A DNA stretch of 64,000 nucleotides from Candidatus Moanibacter sp. (GTDB lineage: Bacteria; Verrucomicrobiota; Verrucomicrobiia; Opitutales; UBA2987). The notes under the pieces were generated by a model. The model worked only from the letters and a program-made list of their open reading frames with translations, searched no databases and was not told where the DNA came from. A program made the translations under genes and the position numbers. This document shows, one piece after another, positions 43,754-54,503 of this stretch (position 1 is its first letter; each line of letters opens with the position of its first letter). The DNA lies in contig CBDCEW010000093.1 in NCBI GenBank assembly GCA_965215885.1, positions 62,801 to 126,800 on the forward strand, written 5' to 3'.

Positions 43754-43800
43754 AGCTAACAGGTATTATTCGTCATGACACTTCTGTCGGGTGTCAATGA
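43754..43800 (-). other. Putative attI-like first recombination site
   Basis: Minus strand ...GTCATGACGAATAATACCT-GTTAGCT; no complete attC upstream. Confidence 0.5.
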
Positions 43801-43974
43801 CTGAGTTCGTTGAAGTTAAGTTGCGATTTATCAAGATGTTAAGCCGATTTAAGGGTCATTTTGAATCATTTTCGCTAATCAAGCTACCACCCCTGGACAG
43901 GCCGTCGGAATTTTGAAACCGGTCCACGGCTGCCGGAGAGTTAACTGATTCGTCACACGGAAATGGCATCTCTG

Positions 43975-44351
43975 TGCGCGTCTGCGCCGCCGTTCTCCGA
44001 AAGCAGTCGCTTTGGCCGGTCGCGCCAGCGGCTCGCTTGCCGAGGCCCTGCGCAACTTGGGGCGGCTGAACATCGACGAGGCGAAAATTCGGCATCTCAA
44101 GGAAAACCTTTCGCTGCGGGCGCGGAAGGAGTTGGTCGAGGATATTCGTTACGTTCCAGCTTGGATGCGCCCGATCTTTCTGCAGGTTGCCAGCAATGAG
44201 TGAAGACTCGATCCTCTCCGTAAAGCCGCGGGAGCGCGAACAACTTTTTCAGGAAACTGCAGGTACCAAGGGTCTGAGCGCTTTGATGGTCGAAAAGGAC
44301 TTTTGGGTGTGCTGGACGTTGAGGCGATTACTTTCAATGCTTTACGAATGA
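43975..44351 (+). pseudogene. Relic of a type IV TA (AbiE) pair: DUF6088/AbiEi C-terminus and AbiEii N-terminus
   Basis: AGRASG...ALRNLG...PAWM (to 44203); ATG at 44196 gives MSED...VEKDFWVCWTL, stopping at 44351. Confidence 0.7.
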
Positions 44352-44567
44352 TCGTGTTGGAAAACCTGCTTACCTGCTCGAAAAATAAGAGATTGAAGGA
44401 TAGTAGTACCGAAGAGCTATCCTTAGATTGCTTAGATCGGAGATTCCCAACCAGAGCACTAAGAGTGCTGGAAGGCTTTGAGATTAATCCTTGCAGTGCC
44501 GAATTTAGGACAGGTTCTAATAATCTTGTTAAACTTCACAGTATTAAAGATTAGTTGAGCCACGCCT

Positions 44568-45710
44568 ATGAAAATCACATCGATCGAGGTATCCTGTTTT
44601 GAACTTCCGGATGGACCGCGCACATTTCGGCTGTCGGGGAAGGCAGAGCCGCGCGGCACGCGATGGAAATTGACGCGTTTCGAGACCGGACCGGTGCCGA
44701 TCCAGGTGATGCGGGTAAAGACGGACGCGGAACTTGAAGGGGTCTGCACGGTGGGGGACTGGCGATATACGACGATCGCGGAGGCACATTTGCGGCAGCT
44801 GCGGGAACTTGCGGTGGGGGAGGACCCGCTGCACCGTGAGGAGCTTTTGAGCAAACTGAAATACGGGACGCGGTTTCTCTATGCCGAACCGGGTTGGTAC
44901 GGATGTTTTGACAACTGTCTCTGGGATATCGCGGGAAAGGCAGCCGGCCTTCCGGTGGCCGCCCTTATTGGCGGGGCGGGCGAGAGTTGTCCGGCCTACC
45001 ACAACGTTATGGGCGAAGACGGCGCTGCGCTGCTGAAGGACGCGGAGGCGGCGCTGTCGCAGGGATATCGCTCCTTGAAAGATCACTTGAGCCACAGTCC
45101 GGGCGAGAATATGCGAATCTTCCGGGAGCTGAGGAAAACCGTCGGCGAGGATGTCGCGCTGATGCACGACGCCGCGCTGGCCAACTATGATTTTGTGGAA
45201 GCCTACGAGGTCGGGAAAGCACTGGAGGAACTTAAATTTCTTTTTTACGAAGAGCCGTTACCGGACCGGCAGTTGGATGACTACCTGCGCTTGGCGGGGA
45301 AACTGGCCATTCCGCTGGCCGGGCCCGAGACCTTTATGCACGATGCGGACTTAAGCGCGCTCTGGCTGAAGATGGGAGCGGTGAAGGTGCTGCGGGTAAA
45401 CGCGCGCCACGGACTGACTCCGGTGCTCAAGCTGGCACATTTCGCGGAATTGCTGCACACCCACGCCGAGCCGAACACGATCGGTCCACTCTTTGGCCTG
45501 GTGCACGCCCATACCGTTTGCGGCGTGGCCAACATCCGTATGTATGAAGTATTCCCGCCCCTCGCTTTCACCCACTTGGCAAAAGAGATCGGGTTGTTGA
45601 ATCCGGTCATACCCGAGGACGGCTCAGTGCGATACCCGGCGGACCGGCCCGGGTGGGGAGCGGAGTGGGATTGGGATTATTTCGAAAAAGCGCGGATCGG
45701 AACGCTATGA
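44568..45710 (+). CDS. Mandelate racemase/muconate lactonizing enzyme (enolase superfamily)
   Basis: DNCLWDIAGK, MHD, EEP, GPE and PGWG; atypical KDH in place of KxK. Confidence 0.85.
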   Translation: MKITSIEVSCFELPDGPRTFRLSGKAEPRGTRWKLTRFETGPVPIQVMRVKTDAELEGVCTVGDWRYTTIAEAHLRQLRELAVGEDPLHREELLSKLKYGTRFLYAEPGWYGCFDNCLWDIAGKAAGLPVAALIGGAGESCPAYHNVMGEDGAALLKDAEAALSQGYRSLKDHLSHSPGENMRIFRELRKTVGEDVALMHDAALANYDFVEAYEVGKALEELKFLFYEEPLPDRQLDDYLRLAGKLAIPLAGPETFMHDADLSALWLKMGAVKVLRVNARHGLTPVLKLAHFAELLHTHAEPNTIGPLFGLVHAHTVCGVANIRMYEVFPPLAFTHLAKEIGLLNPVIPEDGSVRYPADRPGWGAEWDWDYFEKARIGTL

Positions 45711-47089
45711 TTTCGTCGGTCCGCGAGGGCGCCGCGAGCGCCCTGTCCGCTTGGGACCGTGCGAAGAAGGACCGGTTCGGCGGCAGCACGTTTCAGAAAC
45801 GCGAAGCGACGGGATTCTTCCGCCTTGAGCGCTTCGACGGGAAATGGTGGTTCATCACCCCGGATGGGCACCCCTTTATCGCCTTCGGGGCGCTCCATTG
45901 CCATCTCAACACCATCATGAAGCCCTACAACCGCGAGCACTGGCTGGAGAAACTGGGGTGCGCAGGGGAGGTGGGCGAGGAGGAGGTGGCGCGTGCCCAC
46001 GCGCTATGCGTTCGTGACCAGTTCAATGAGTTGGAGTTGAACTGGACGGGTATCGGCTGGTATCCGGAACCGAACAGCGACCTCCTGAATTACATCTACA
46101 CGGTGAGGATGGCGGCGGTCGATTACTACCGCTGGCCGAAAGCGGAGGATTTTCCCGATGTCTTTTCTCCGGAGTACGAGAGCCACTGCGATGCCTTCGC
46201 GCGGCGAGAAGTTTTGCCGCGGGCCGGCGATCCACGCGCCATCGCTTTTGCGCTGGGGGATTGCCCCGTGCTCATCGAGCAGGAGGGCCGGCCCCACGAG
46301 CGGATGATTCACCGCTCCGCCGGCCCGGAGAGCCCGACCTGGCCGCGAGTGCTGCGCAACCTGCCCGGCAGGGCACCGGGCAAGGCGGCGTATGTCGAAG
46401 CCATGCGGGAGGTTTATGGCGGATCCATAGAGTCATTCAACCACACCTATAAGACCGCCTTCGGCTCCTGGAGCGAACTCCTGGCGGCGGAGAGGTGGCG
46501 GGAGGACGTCGACTACCGGTCGAACAGCCGGGAGGTGCGGGACAATCTTTTCTTTCTCAAAAAGGTCCTGGAGCGCCGCTACACAGTGGAAGTGGCAGCG
46601 GTCCGGAAATATGCCCCAAACCATTTGATCTGCGGGGAGAAATTTCATCAGAACGCACCGGTTCCGGACGAAATGTTCTATTTGTGGGACAAGCATTTCG
46701 ATTTCATCTGGGTTCAGTTCTACGGAGACTGGTACGATCTCGAAAAAATCCTTGACCGGCTGTCCCGCCTGACCGACAAACCGCTCTTCCAGGCCGATGC
46801 CTGCTGGTCGGTCCAGCGGCCGCCCCACCAACCGTTCCCGAGGGGTCCGCACTGCGCGAACGATGGCATCATGGCTCGCATGGCACGGGAGGCGTTCGAG
46901 GGTTCCTTCGCCCGTCCTGAATTTATCGGCTGGGGCTGGTGTGGTTGGGTGGACGTCCGCCGAACGCCGAAAGATCCCACAACCCACCCGGGATACCAGG
47001 ACGAATTCGGAAACTACCACCGGCCCTTGACGGATGAATTCAAACGCTTTTCCGGCCGCATCTACGGCTTGCACGCTGGGGAGGGATGA
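45707..47089 (+). CDS. Agarase (GH50)-like hypothetical protein, paralog 1
   Basis: DRFGG, ATGFFRLE, WWFITPDG, PNHL, FIGWGWCGW; ATGA overlap with the enolase gene. Confidence 0.7.
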   Translation: MISSVREGAASALSAWDRAKKDRFGGSTFQKREATGFFRLERFDGKWWFITPDGHPFIAFGALHCHLNTIMKPYNREHWLEKLGCAGEVGEEEVARAHALCVRDQFNELELNWTGIGWYPEPNSDLLNYIYTVRMAAVDYYRWPKAEDFPDVFSPEYESHCDAFARREVLPRAGDPRAIAFALGDCPVLIEQEGRPHERMIHRSAGPESPTWPRVLRNLPGRAPGKAAYVEAMREVYGGSIESFNHTYKTAFGSWSELLAAERWREDVDYRSNSREVRDNLFFLKKVLERRYTVEVAAVRKYAPNHLICGEKFHQNAPVPDEMFYLWDKHFDFIWVQFYGDWYDLEKILDRLSRLTDKPLFQADACWSVQRPPHQPFPRGPHCANDGIMARMAREAFEGSFARPEFIGWGWCGWVDVRRTPKDPTTHPGYQDEFGNYHRPLTDEFKRFSGRIYGLHAGEG

Positions 47090-47176
47090 TGGGGGGTCTA
47101 CATGGTTTGGTGTGGGATTTCCTAGTGAGGTCCCGTCTACTCGGCCCTTTGGCGCGAGCCTTGGCGATCTTTCATC

Positions 47177-48604
47177 ATGAGCTTTAATCACGAAAATCTG
47201 AAATTCCACGCGAAATCCGGAAGAACCGATGGTGATATGAACAACGAAACAGACCTCGACCGGTTCGGCGGATGGACCGGATTGCGATTCGACGCGACCG
47301 GGTTCTTTCGCCTGGAGGAAAGGGAGGGCGTCAGCTGGTTCGTGTCACCGGAAGGCAATGCTTTCCTCGCCAACCAAATGGATCACGTGGCACCGCACTA
47401 TCTCCTCGGCGATTACAACCGGGAATACTGGGCCCGCGAATTCGGCCTTTCCGCTGACGCTGATCCGGAAGCTTTTGTCCCGGGGTTCTGGGAGAAGGTG
47501 AAACGGGACCGGGAGGTGATCGGGTTCAATTCGATTTACCACTGCCTGCCCCCCGATCCGGAGAACGGATTCATCCCCTATGTCGGGACATTTCGCAACA
47601 TCGAGATCAGTTACTGGATGCGGCACCCGGAGCCGGAGATGTACAAGGATGTTTTTTCGGATGAATTCGTCCGGGAGTGTGAAGAAGCCTCAGCCGAAAT
47701 CGTCGCTCCCCGCAAGGACGATCCGTGGCTGCTGGCCTGGTATTTCACCGACAGCCCGGTCTTAAGCGAATTTGAGGGCCGGCGATTGGATTCCGGCTAC
47801 CACCACGCGAAACTGTACGACACCGTCACCTACCCGCAGCGGCTCCGCAACCTCGGCCCGGAGGATGCGGGCAAACGGGCATACGTCGAGCTGATGCGCG
47901 AGCGATACGCCGGCATCGGGGATTTTAACGACGCCTACGCGACGAACTTCGATTCCTTCGAGGCCCTGCTGAGGGCGAGGGACTGGAAGAAATCGAACGA
48001 CTATTACGGGGATGTCGGCAAGGAAGCGGACAATCTCGCTTTTCTCCTCAAGATTCTGGATCGCGCTTTCACCGTGCAGGTGGACGCGGTGCGCAAACAC
48101 GATCCCAACCATTTGATCTTCGGCGACACCTTGAACTGCAATGCTCCGTTATACAAGGAACGACAGCACGACGACGTGCTGCGGTTGTTTGGGAGGCATT
48201 TCGACGTGATGTACTTTCAATTCTACGGAACCTGGGAGAGCTTTGCGCCGCTCATCGAGCGCCTCCACGGAGAGAGCGGATTGCCGGTTTTCAGCGCCGA
48301 CAGTTGCTTCAGCGTGCCGAATGGGAACATGCCCTACCCGGTCGGGGTGCATTGCGCCGACCAGGAGGTGCGCGCCCGGCAATTTGAGAAGATGTACGGG
48401 AATGCCTTCGCTTTGCCCTGCTTTGTCGGATGGGGGTGGTGCGGCTGGGTGGACAGTTGGCCGTCGCGAGAACCCGTCACGCAGCACTCCGGGGTGCAGG
48501 ATCCCTTCGGAAATTTCAATCAACCGATCGTCCGGGCCATGAAGGAATTTTCCGAGAGAATTTACCAGGTGCATGCCGGTATCGGTCGTCCCTCATCCCT
48601 TTGA
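47177..48604 (+). CDS. Agarase (GH50)-like hypothetical protein, paralog 2 (start may be 47237)
   Basis: DRFGGW, ATGFFRLE, DDPWLL, DPNHLIFG, FVGWGWCGW. Confidence 0.7.
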   Translation: MSFNHENLKFHAKSGRTDGDMNNETDLDRFGGWTGLRFDATGFFRLEEREGVSWFVSPEGNAFLANQMDHVAPHYLLGDYNREYWAREFGLSADADPEAFVPGFWEKVKRDREVIGFNSIYHCLPPDPENGFIPYVGTFRNIEISYWMRHPEPEMYKDVFSDEFVRECEEASAEIVAPRKDDPWLLAWYFTDSPVLSEFEGRRLDSGYHHAKLYDTVTYPQRLRNLGPEDAGKRAYVELMRERYAGIGDFNDAYATNFDSFEALLRARDWKKSNDYYGDVGKEADNLAFLLKILDRAFTVQVDAVRKHDPNHLIFGDTLNCNAPLYKERQHDDVLRLFGRHFDVMYFQFYGTWESFAPLIERLHGESGLPVFSADSCFSVPNGNMPYPVGVHCADQEVRARQFEKMYGNAFALPCFVGWGWCGWVDSWPSREPVTQHSGVQDPFGNFNQPIVRAMKEFSERIYQVHAGIGRPSSL

Positions 48605-48892
48605 GTCAACGCGGGATGCTTTGGCAGGGTTGAAGGAAGCAGTCACGCTCTGCGATGTTTAGTCGGGAAATTTTACAGCCGTCTTCGTCTTGCCTAGCGA
48701 GACTTCCGTCTTCGTTCTGCGTTGGGCGGCTATCCGGAAGCAAGGAGACATCTCAGAACACACTTGGACGCTCATGTTGGACATCTACAACCTGGGCGTC
48801 GCATCGAGAAAGCCGGGTGTAGCCATGCTCTGGCGCCACCTCGCCCACTGGCCCGGATTGCTGGCGCTGATCTATTTCCTTACGAATTCGAG

Positions 48893-49003
48893 TCACGATG
48901 AGAGTTCGGGGAGAATCTCCTCGTTGTAAGTTTCCCAGAATGCGTCGATCTCCGCCATGGCCATGACCATATCCGCGCCGTACTGCTGCGCGTGTTTTGC
49001 GAG
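48893..49003 (-). pseudogene. Internally deleted relic of a DHDPS-family gene
   Basis: Translates LAKHAQQYGADMVMAM|AEIDAFWETYNEEILPELSS*, matching two distant parts of 55637..56551. Confidence 0.75.
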
Positions 49004-49209
49004 TTAAACTACAAAATCATGCATCCTTTAACGAGGACAGAGAGTCAAAATATTTGTGATATTAAACGAAATCTTTGACAATTTTGGGGGAACTGCGTTT
49101 CCTCACATCAGAGACACTCCGGCCTGTTAGGTAGCACCTATCGCAATCCAATGTTTAAGAGACCAAGAGATGATGCACGAGAGGCAACCTCGATCCAAGT
49201 TTCGAGGAA

Positions 49210-50070
49210 ATGAGCTCCGAAGACAGTGACAAACTCCGATTGCCACTTACCGCCGCGGAAAGGATCGAATGGCAGGAGAAGGGCTTTTTTGTTCGGGCGG
49301 GTGTCTATAGCGAAAGCGAGATGACGGCAATGGGCCGTCGTGCGGCCGAGTGCGCGTTGGGGAAAGTTCCGTATCCGGCTCCTGAAATTTCCGTCAATGC
49401 AAAGATGGCGGCGGGTGAGCTGGAGAAGCGGGAGGGGCTTGCGGCAATGCACGGGGTTTACCACCCACATCTTTACAATCGTTATTTCTGCGATGCCCAT
49501 CGCGATCCTCGCATTACGGATCCGCTGGTGGGATTGATTGGCCCGGACATCCTTGCGATCGACGCCATGATCATATTCAAGCCGCCACAGGTCGGCATGG
49601 GCTTCCCCTGGCACCAGGATCTGTATTATTTTCGGCAGCGCTACGATACGGGCGAGACGGTGGGTACCTGGACGGCTATCGATCAAGCGAGGATCGACAA
49701 TGGGTGCATTTGGGTGATCCCGGGCAGCCATCGCGGGGAGATTGTGGCGCATGACCTTCCGCCCGGTCCCCAGCAGAGGGAGTTTCGCCTGGCGCGCGGG
49801 GCCGACGACAGCCTTGCGGTGCCGTGCGAGATGGAGCCGGGATCGGTTTTATTTTTCCATAGCCACCTGCTGCACAAAAGCACACAAAACGTATCGCTGG
49901 AGTTCAGGCGCAGTTATGTGAGGCAGTACCTGAGTGCGCGCGCGACCTGGGCGAACGACGAGGTTCGCAACAGTGAGAGGCGAAAGCCGGTCATGTGGAT
50001 ACGTGGCGAGACCTTTGAGGGCTGCGTGCAAGCGGAAGCTCGCGATGTCTTACCGGTGCCGGCGGCCTAG
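49210..50070 (+). CDS. Phytanoyl-CoA dioxygenase (PhyH) family Fe/2OG enzyme
   Basis: WHQD, NGC..VIPGSH, FFH..LLH.S..N.S..R. Confidence 0.9.
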   Translation: MSSEDSDKLRLPLTAAERIEWQEKGFFVRAGVYSESEMTAMGRRAAECALGKVPYPAPEISVNAKMAAGELEKREGLAAMHGVYHPHLYNRYFCDAHRDPRITDPLVGLIGPDILAIDAMIIFKPPQVGMGFPWHQDLYYFRQRYDTGETVGTWTAIDQARIDNGCIWVIPGSHRGEIVAHDLPPGPQQREFRLARGADDSLAVPCEMEPGSVLFFHSHLLHKSTQNVSLEFRRSYVRQYLSARATWANDEVRNSERRKPVMWIRGETFEGCVQAEARDVLPVPAA

Positions 50071-50193
50071 CGTTTTTCACCGTTCGCGTCGGTTCACGCG
50101 CCGCCTTGACCGGTACCGTCGCCGCGGTGCTTCTCGTCGCGGTCTGAGTGTTCCTAACGACCGATTCGGGCAAGGAGCTTCTCCCCGCCCTTT

Positions 50194-50375
50194 CTAGCCC
50201 GGACGTTTCACAAACCTTCTACTGCGACGACGGATCTCACCGCGTGTCAATGCCTTACCTTGCCCGGCGACCTCAGAGGGTTTCAACACACAGTCGCCCG
50301 CCGTGCTTCGAAAAGGCATTGACACGCAACGATCTACGCCGTCTCGCTACGAAGTGTGTGAAACATCCGGGCTAG
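50194..50375. mobile_element. MITE-like element (182 bp)
   Basis: Terminal IR CTAGCCCGGACGTTTCACA / TGTGAAACATCCGGGCTAG (18/19). Confidence 0.7.
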
Positions 50376-50409
50376 TCTCGTGCCGAGCGGGTTCTGGATC
50401 GCGGTGATT

Positions 50410-50614
50410 CCGAACCTTTGTCGTAAGCTTCGTCGTCAACTTAGTCGCCTTTTTTTGCTCTCTCGAGGAAGCTTACGATGAAGGATAGAGGAAGCTTCTC
50501 TGCCCGTCAGGGTTTCTTTGTCGCGAGCCTTGTCGTGAGCTTTGTCGCGAAATTCGGTCGCTCTCTCGACGAAGCTTACGATGAAGTTTGGGAGGTAATA
50601 ATGAGATTTCTCCA
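50410..50614 (-). repeat. Repeat family A copy
   Basis: Reverse complement of 57227..57443 with few differences. Confidence 0.85.
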
Positions 50615-50823
50615 AAACTTATGATTCAATCGCAATTGATTGGACGCCAGTATCTTCTGTCAAAACTTTGTTCGAAAAACAAGAAGTTGAAGGATTGTAA
50701 CATGGATGCGTGGATTAGGTGCAGGCAGAGATTACGCGAACGCTGCGACTCATTTTTATCCGCGTTAATCCGTGGTTTCTTCTCCTCTTCGTCCTCGAGT
50801 CGTTTCGAATTGATCTTTGTTTC

Positions 50824-53379
50824 TTAGATTTCGTTCGATCGTGACAGGCGCACCGTGTGCTCGCGCCGTCCGTTTTCCAACAGGGGAACGCGAACGGTTT
50901 CATACCCGGGCGCCACAACCTCGTAGTGCCCCCAGAAGCCGCAGAAGGAGATCTTCCCCTTGCGGGTCTTGCCCGACCACTGCGTCGACCAGTCTTCCTG
51001 GAGCAGTTTCTTCAAGGCGTAATAACTCGCTTTCTTCTCACCGGCAAGGGTTACCAAACCGGCGTCCACGCCGCCTCGTCCGCCGACATCGTCAACGATA
51101 AACCAGCGGGTGATCTCCTTGATGTAGGGCTTCGAAAAGGCCATGGTGTAAAAGTTGGTCGACCAGGCGGCGACTTCCTCATCGGTCAGGCCGTCCTGAT
51201 TCGCCGGGTCACCCATCCACCGGGTCCGCGATGGAGGACCGAATTCGGTGATGTGGATTGGTTTACCGAGTTTAGCTGCCATGTGGTCGAGCCCTTTCTC
51301 AACCGCCTTGATAACGAAAGCATCGGCACCGCCCCTCTGGTTGCCCTCCGGAAACGGAGTTTGATCCATGTGGAAGTGCCCCTGGTAACCAATGGCATCG
51401 AGCGGGGCCCCCAGTTCGATCAGCGCGGAACAGTAATCCAGGTACTGCTGGAAGTCTTTATCCCCCTCCCAGAGGATTGGGTAGAATTGTTCCAGGGGCA
51501 TCAGGGTCGATTCGGGCAGATACTTGCGTGCGATTTTGAAAATGCGCGCACCGGTAGCCGGGTCGTCGTAAGCGGGGAAAAGCGGCGCTTCCTTCTCGCA
51601 GAACTGGGTTTGGAAACGGGTCTCATTGATGACATCGTAGGCGATGTAGCGCCGACCGTAACGCCCCGCCACGGCGGCGATTCGTTTCTCGATCAGGTCC
51701 CACCACGCTTCGGTAGACACGACCTCGTCCCTCCACTTGGGCATATAGAAGGGCGTCATATAGACGAGCGCGTGCATGTGGGCCTGGAGCCCTGCCTTCT
51801 CCGCCCAAGCGAAAATTTCGTCGGGTTCGGACCATTCGAAGGTATCGATCTCCGGTTCGGTGGGACCCCAGTGACAATTGATGGTCACCACGTTGAATAG
51901 CTCTTCGGCGACTTCCCGCGCGACGGCGGAGGTCGCCGACGTCGCGCCGAACCCGGGCTTGAAGGCCATCGATATGGCTCCCCCAAAGAGAAACTCGTGG
52001 CGGACGTGATTGACCTGGACCTTGCCTTTGATCGGTTTCCCTTCGGCATCGATGAGTTTGAGGGAAAAATCCCCCTTGCGGATCCGCTCGATCCGTTCCC
52101 GGGCCTCTTTCATGAGCCGTTCCCCTTCTTCATCCCAGACGCCGTCGAATAACGGAGGATTTTCGGGAAGGCTATATCCGATTTGCAAGGCCTTTAGGTT
52201 GATTTCGCGCAGGCGGGGCATGATTCCGTCATGGACCTTCCCATATTTGTCGAGGAGCCCCTCCTTAATCTTGGTCGGGTCCATGAATAATATGTTGTCC
52301 TGGTACTGGCAACGGTTGTAGCCCACGATTTGGGGATGCGCCATGGCGGCTGTAAGGTGTCGCTCATAGTAATCCAGATGCTCTTTGGCGCCTTTCGCGA
52401 TCGACTGGAAGGCGCCGACGATCATATCGCCCAGGTATATCGGTTTGCCGAACTTGGCGTAGAGCCCGTCGAAATACCTCTTATCGAACTCCTTGGTCCG
52501 CATTTCGAGGGTAAGTCCGTCCACGAAAAGTAGTGCTTCATTCACGACATAGTCCGGCATGTCCCGTTCGTGGTAACGGGTGCCGAAGGTCAGGTGATTG
52601 GGATCGTGTTTGCGAATGATACGGTGGGCCGTTCCGTAAAGCTGGCGGGCGACCAGGGCTAAAAATCGGTTCCTGTCCGCGGCGGGATGTTCTTTTCGCC
52701 ACGCATCATACTTTTTCCTTCCGGGAGCGTCCTCGGGAAGCTCTGCGTAAAAATCGATCCAGGCTTTGCCGTCGTTTGCCCAGAGTAGGTGTGCGTTCTG
52801 GTCCGGGTTGGGATTGGCCAGGATGGGGACGTCCGTAAAGAAATAGCAGATCAGCCGCGGATCGTCCTTTACCGGAAGGACGGCGCTCTCGATGGTGTTT
52901 TCCAGCCGTTCCAGGTAGTCAAGATCGAACACGTCCTCGAACCTGAAGGCGTGACCTCCCGGACTGCGCGGTTTTCGCGGCCGCCAGTAAGAGGACAGGA
53001 GCATTTCGGTAATGCCCAGACTGTAGGGAATCTTATCCCGCATCCATTTCGGGCCATTGTAGTCTCCCGAATTGTAGCCCCACTCATGAAGATTCCGGAT
53101 TACTTCCTCGTGGATGTCCTCGCGGGTAGTAGGTTCCAGACGGTTCTGGTAGATATTTTCGTGATAATGGTTGACACCCAGGCTGCGGTAGGCGTGGCCG
53201 TCGGGCGTGACGAAATAGTGGCGGCCGGCGATTTCCTCCAGCCGGAAGAAGCCGGTGGCGTCTCGTTTGATACTTTTAATTCCGCCGTAATGATCAAATT
53301 CATCGGCCGATCAGGCGAGTCCTGAGAATGTTGAAAGCAGCAGCGGGACGGTTTTCTTCTTTTTTCGTAACGATTTCAT
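50824..53379 (-). CDS. Agarase-like domain fused to a GH10 glycoside hydrolase; in-frame TGA at codon 23
   Basis: ATG at 53379 gives MKSLRKKKKTVPLLLSTFSGLA*SADEFDHYGG...ATGFFRLE, continuous with ORF 50824..53043; GH10 motifs YDVINE, IGYQGH and IHITEF. Confidence 0.75.
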
Positions 53380-53391
53380 AGTATTGTGTTG

Positions 53392-54117
53392 TTATAGCCC
53401 CAACCCATCCGCCAGTTCCTCGAGATCATGTACCACCAGGTCGGACGCAAAGGTGCCGTGAGCCGCCGCTCGCGCGGTCAATTTGGAATCCGGTCCAAAC
53501 TCCATCGGACGGTCCAGAAAGGCGGTGCGAAAACCCACCTTGCCGGCCGCCTCGAGATCGTGGTAATGAGCCGCCACCATCATCACCTCTGCGGGCGCGC
53601 ATCCCAGCAGTTCCGCGGTCCGTTCATAGGCTGCCGGGTGGAACTTGTAGTGTTCGAACATCTCGCACGAGATGATGCAGTCCCAGTGAAACCCGCCCAG
53701 TTTGGCGGTTCTGATCATTCCCGCGGTGCTGAGAATCGTCATCGTGGCCACGATAAACCGTTCCTGCAGGCGCTTGATTCCCTCTGCAACATCAAGCCAG
53801 GGCGGTATCGTGTGCCAGGCGCGGCAGAGCTCGTCCTTGTCTTCCTTGGAGAATCCGGTGAGCCCTTTTTCCCGCAGGACTTCGTCCAGTGTGACGCGGT
53901 TGGCCCCGTCCATCGATCCGCTCGGAATGTCCGCCGTTTTCGAGTTGATGACCAGCTTCGCGGCCCGCTGCCGCCAGGCGTTTGCCAGCGCGGCCCAGTC
54001 GGTGTCCATGCTACGCGCCGTGCCCAGCTCCCGCAACCGTCCGGCGATCGTATCATGCCAGTTGAGGATCGTTCCCCCAACATCGAAGGTGAGGGCTTTG
54101 ATGTGCGAAGGGTCCAT
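53392..54117 (-). CDS. Haloacid dehalogenase type II (HAD superfamily)
   Basis: FDVGGT, AWH, YK, MMVAAH..DL. Confidence 0.88.
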   Translation of the reverse strand: MDPSHIKALTFDVGGTILNWHDTIAGRLRELGTARSMDTDWAALANAWRQRAAKLVINSKTADIPSGSMDGANRVTLDEVLREKGLTGFSKEDKDELCRAWHTIPPWLDVAEGIKRLQERFIVATMTILSTAGMIRTAKLGGFHWDCIISCEMFEHYKFHPAAYERTAELLGCAPAEVMMVAAHYHDLEAAGKVGFRTAFLDRPMEFGPDSKLTARAAAHGTFASDLVVHDLEELADGLGL

Positions 54118-54503
54118 TAGAAATCTATTTCACTGGATTCCATAAGTTATTCGCCTTGAGATGATGCGAAGAAAACCAGGGAGATTCTAGGGCAACAAAG
54201 CCGCAACCTAAGGTATGAGTTAGCAACGAATGGGGAAGAGGATTGAACAGAAGGAAACTCCTTCGACGGGGCTCTGGGCAAGAGAGAGAAACGAAGAGGA
54301 TTAAGAGAAGAATATTTGGCCCACGGATGGCTCCGCAGTACCACGGATAGGAGGGGAAGGAAATCGCAGCAAGGAAGTGATAATTAGGGCAATTACCGTT
54401 AGACATAGTTTTTTTACCTTACAGGGCATTCGTTGTCATCAGTTCTTCGATCCGTTAAAACATAAATGCTGCGCAAACATGATGGGATTTGATAAGTGAG
54501 GTA

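Noticed and set aside
48690..48880. Short ORF with an LWRHLAHWP motif
   Set aside because: Probably a gene fragment, but too short to assign a family without a search.
53311..53313. Selenocysteine or alternative genetic code at the in-frame TGA
   Set aside because: The codon lies in a signal-peptide-like region, and TGA is used as a normal stop by many genes in the window (mutS, nadE).
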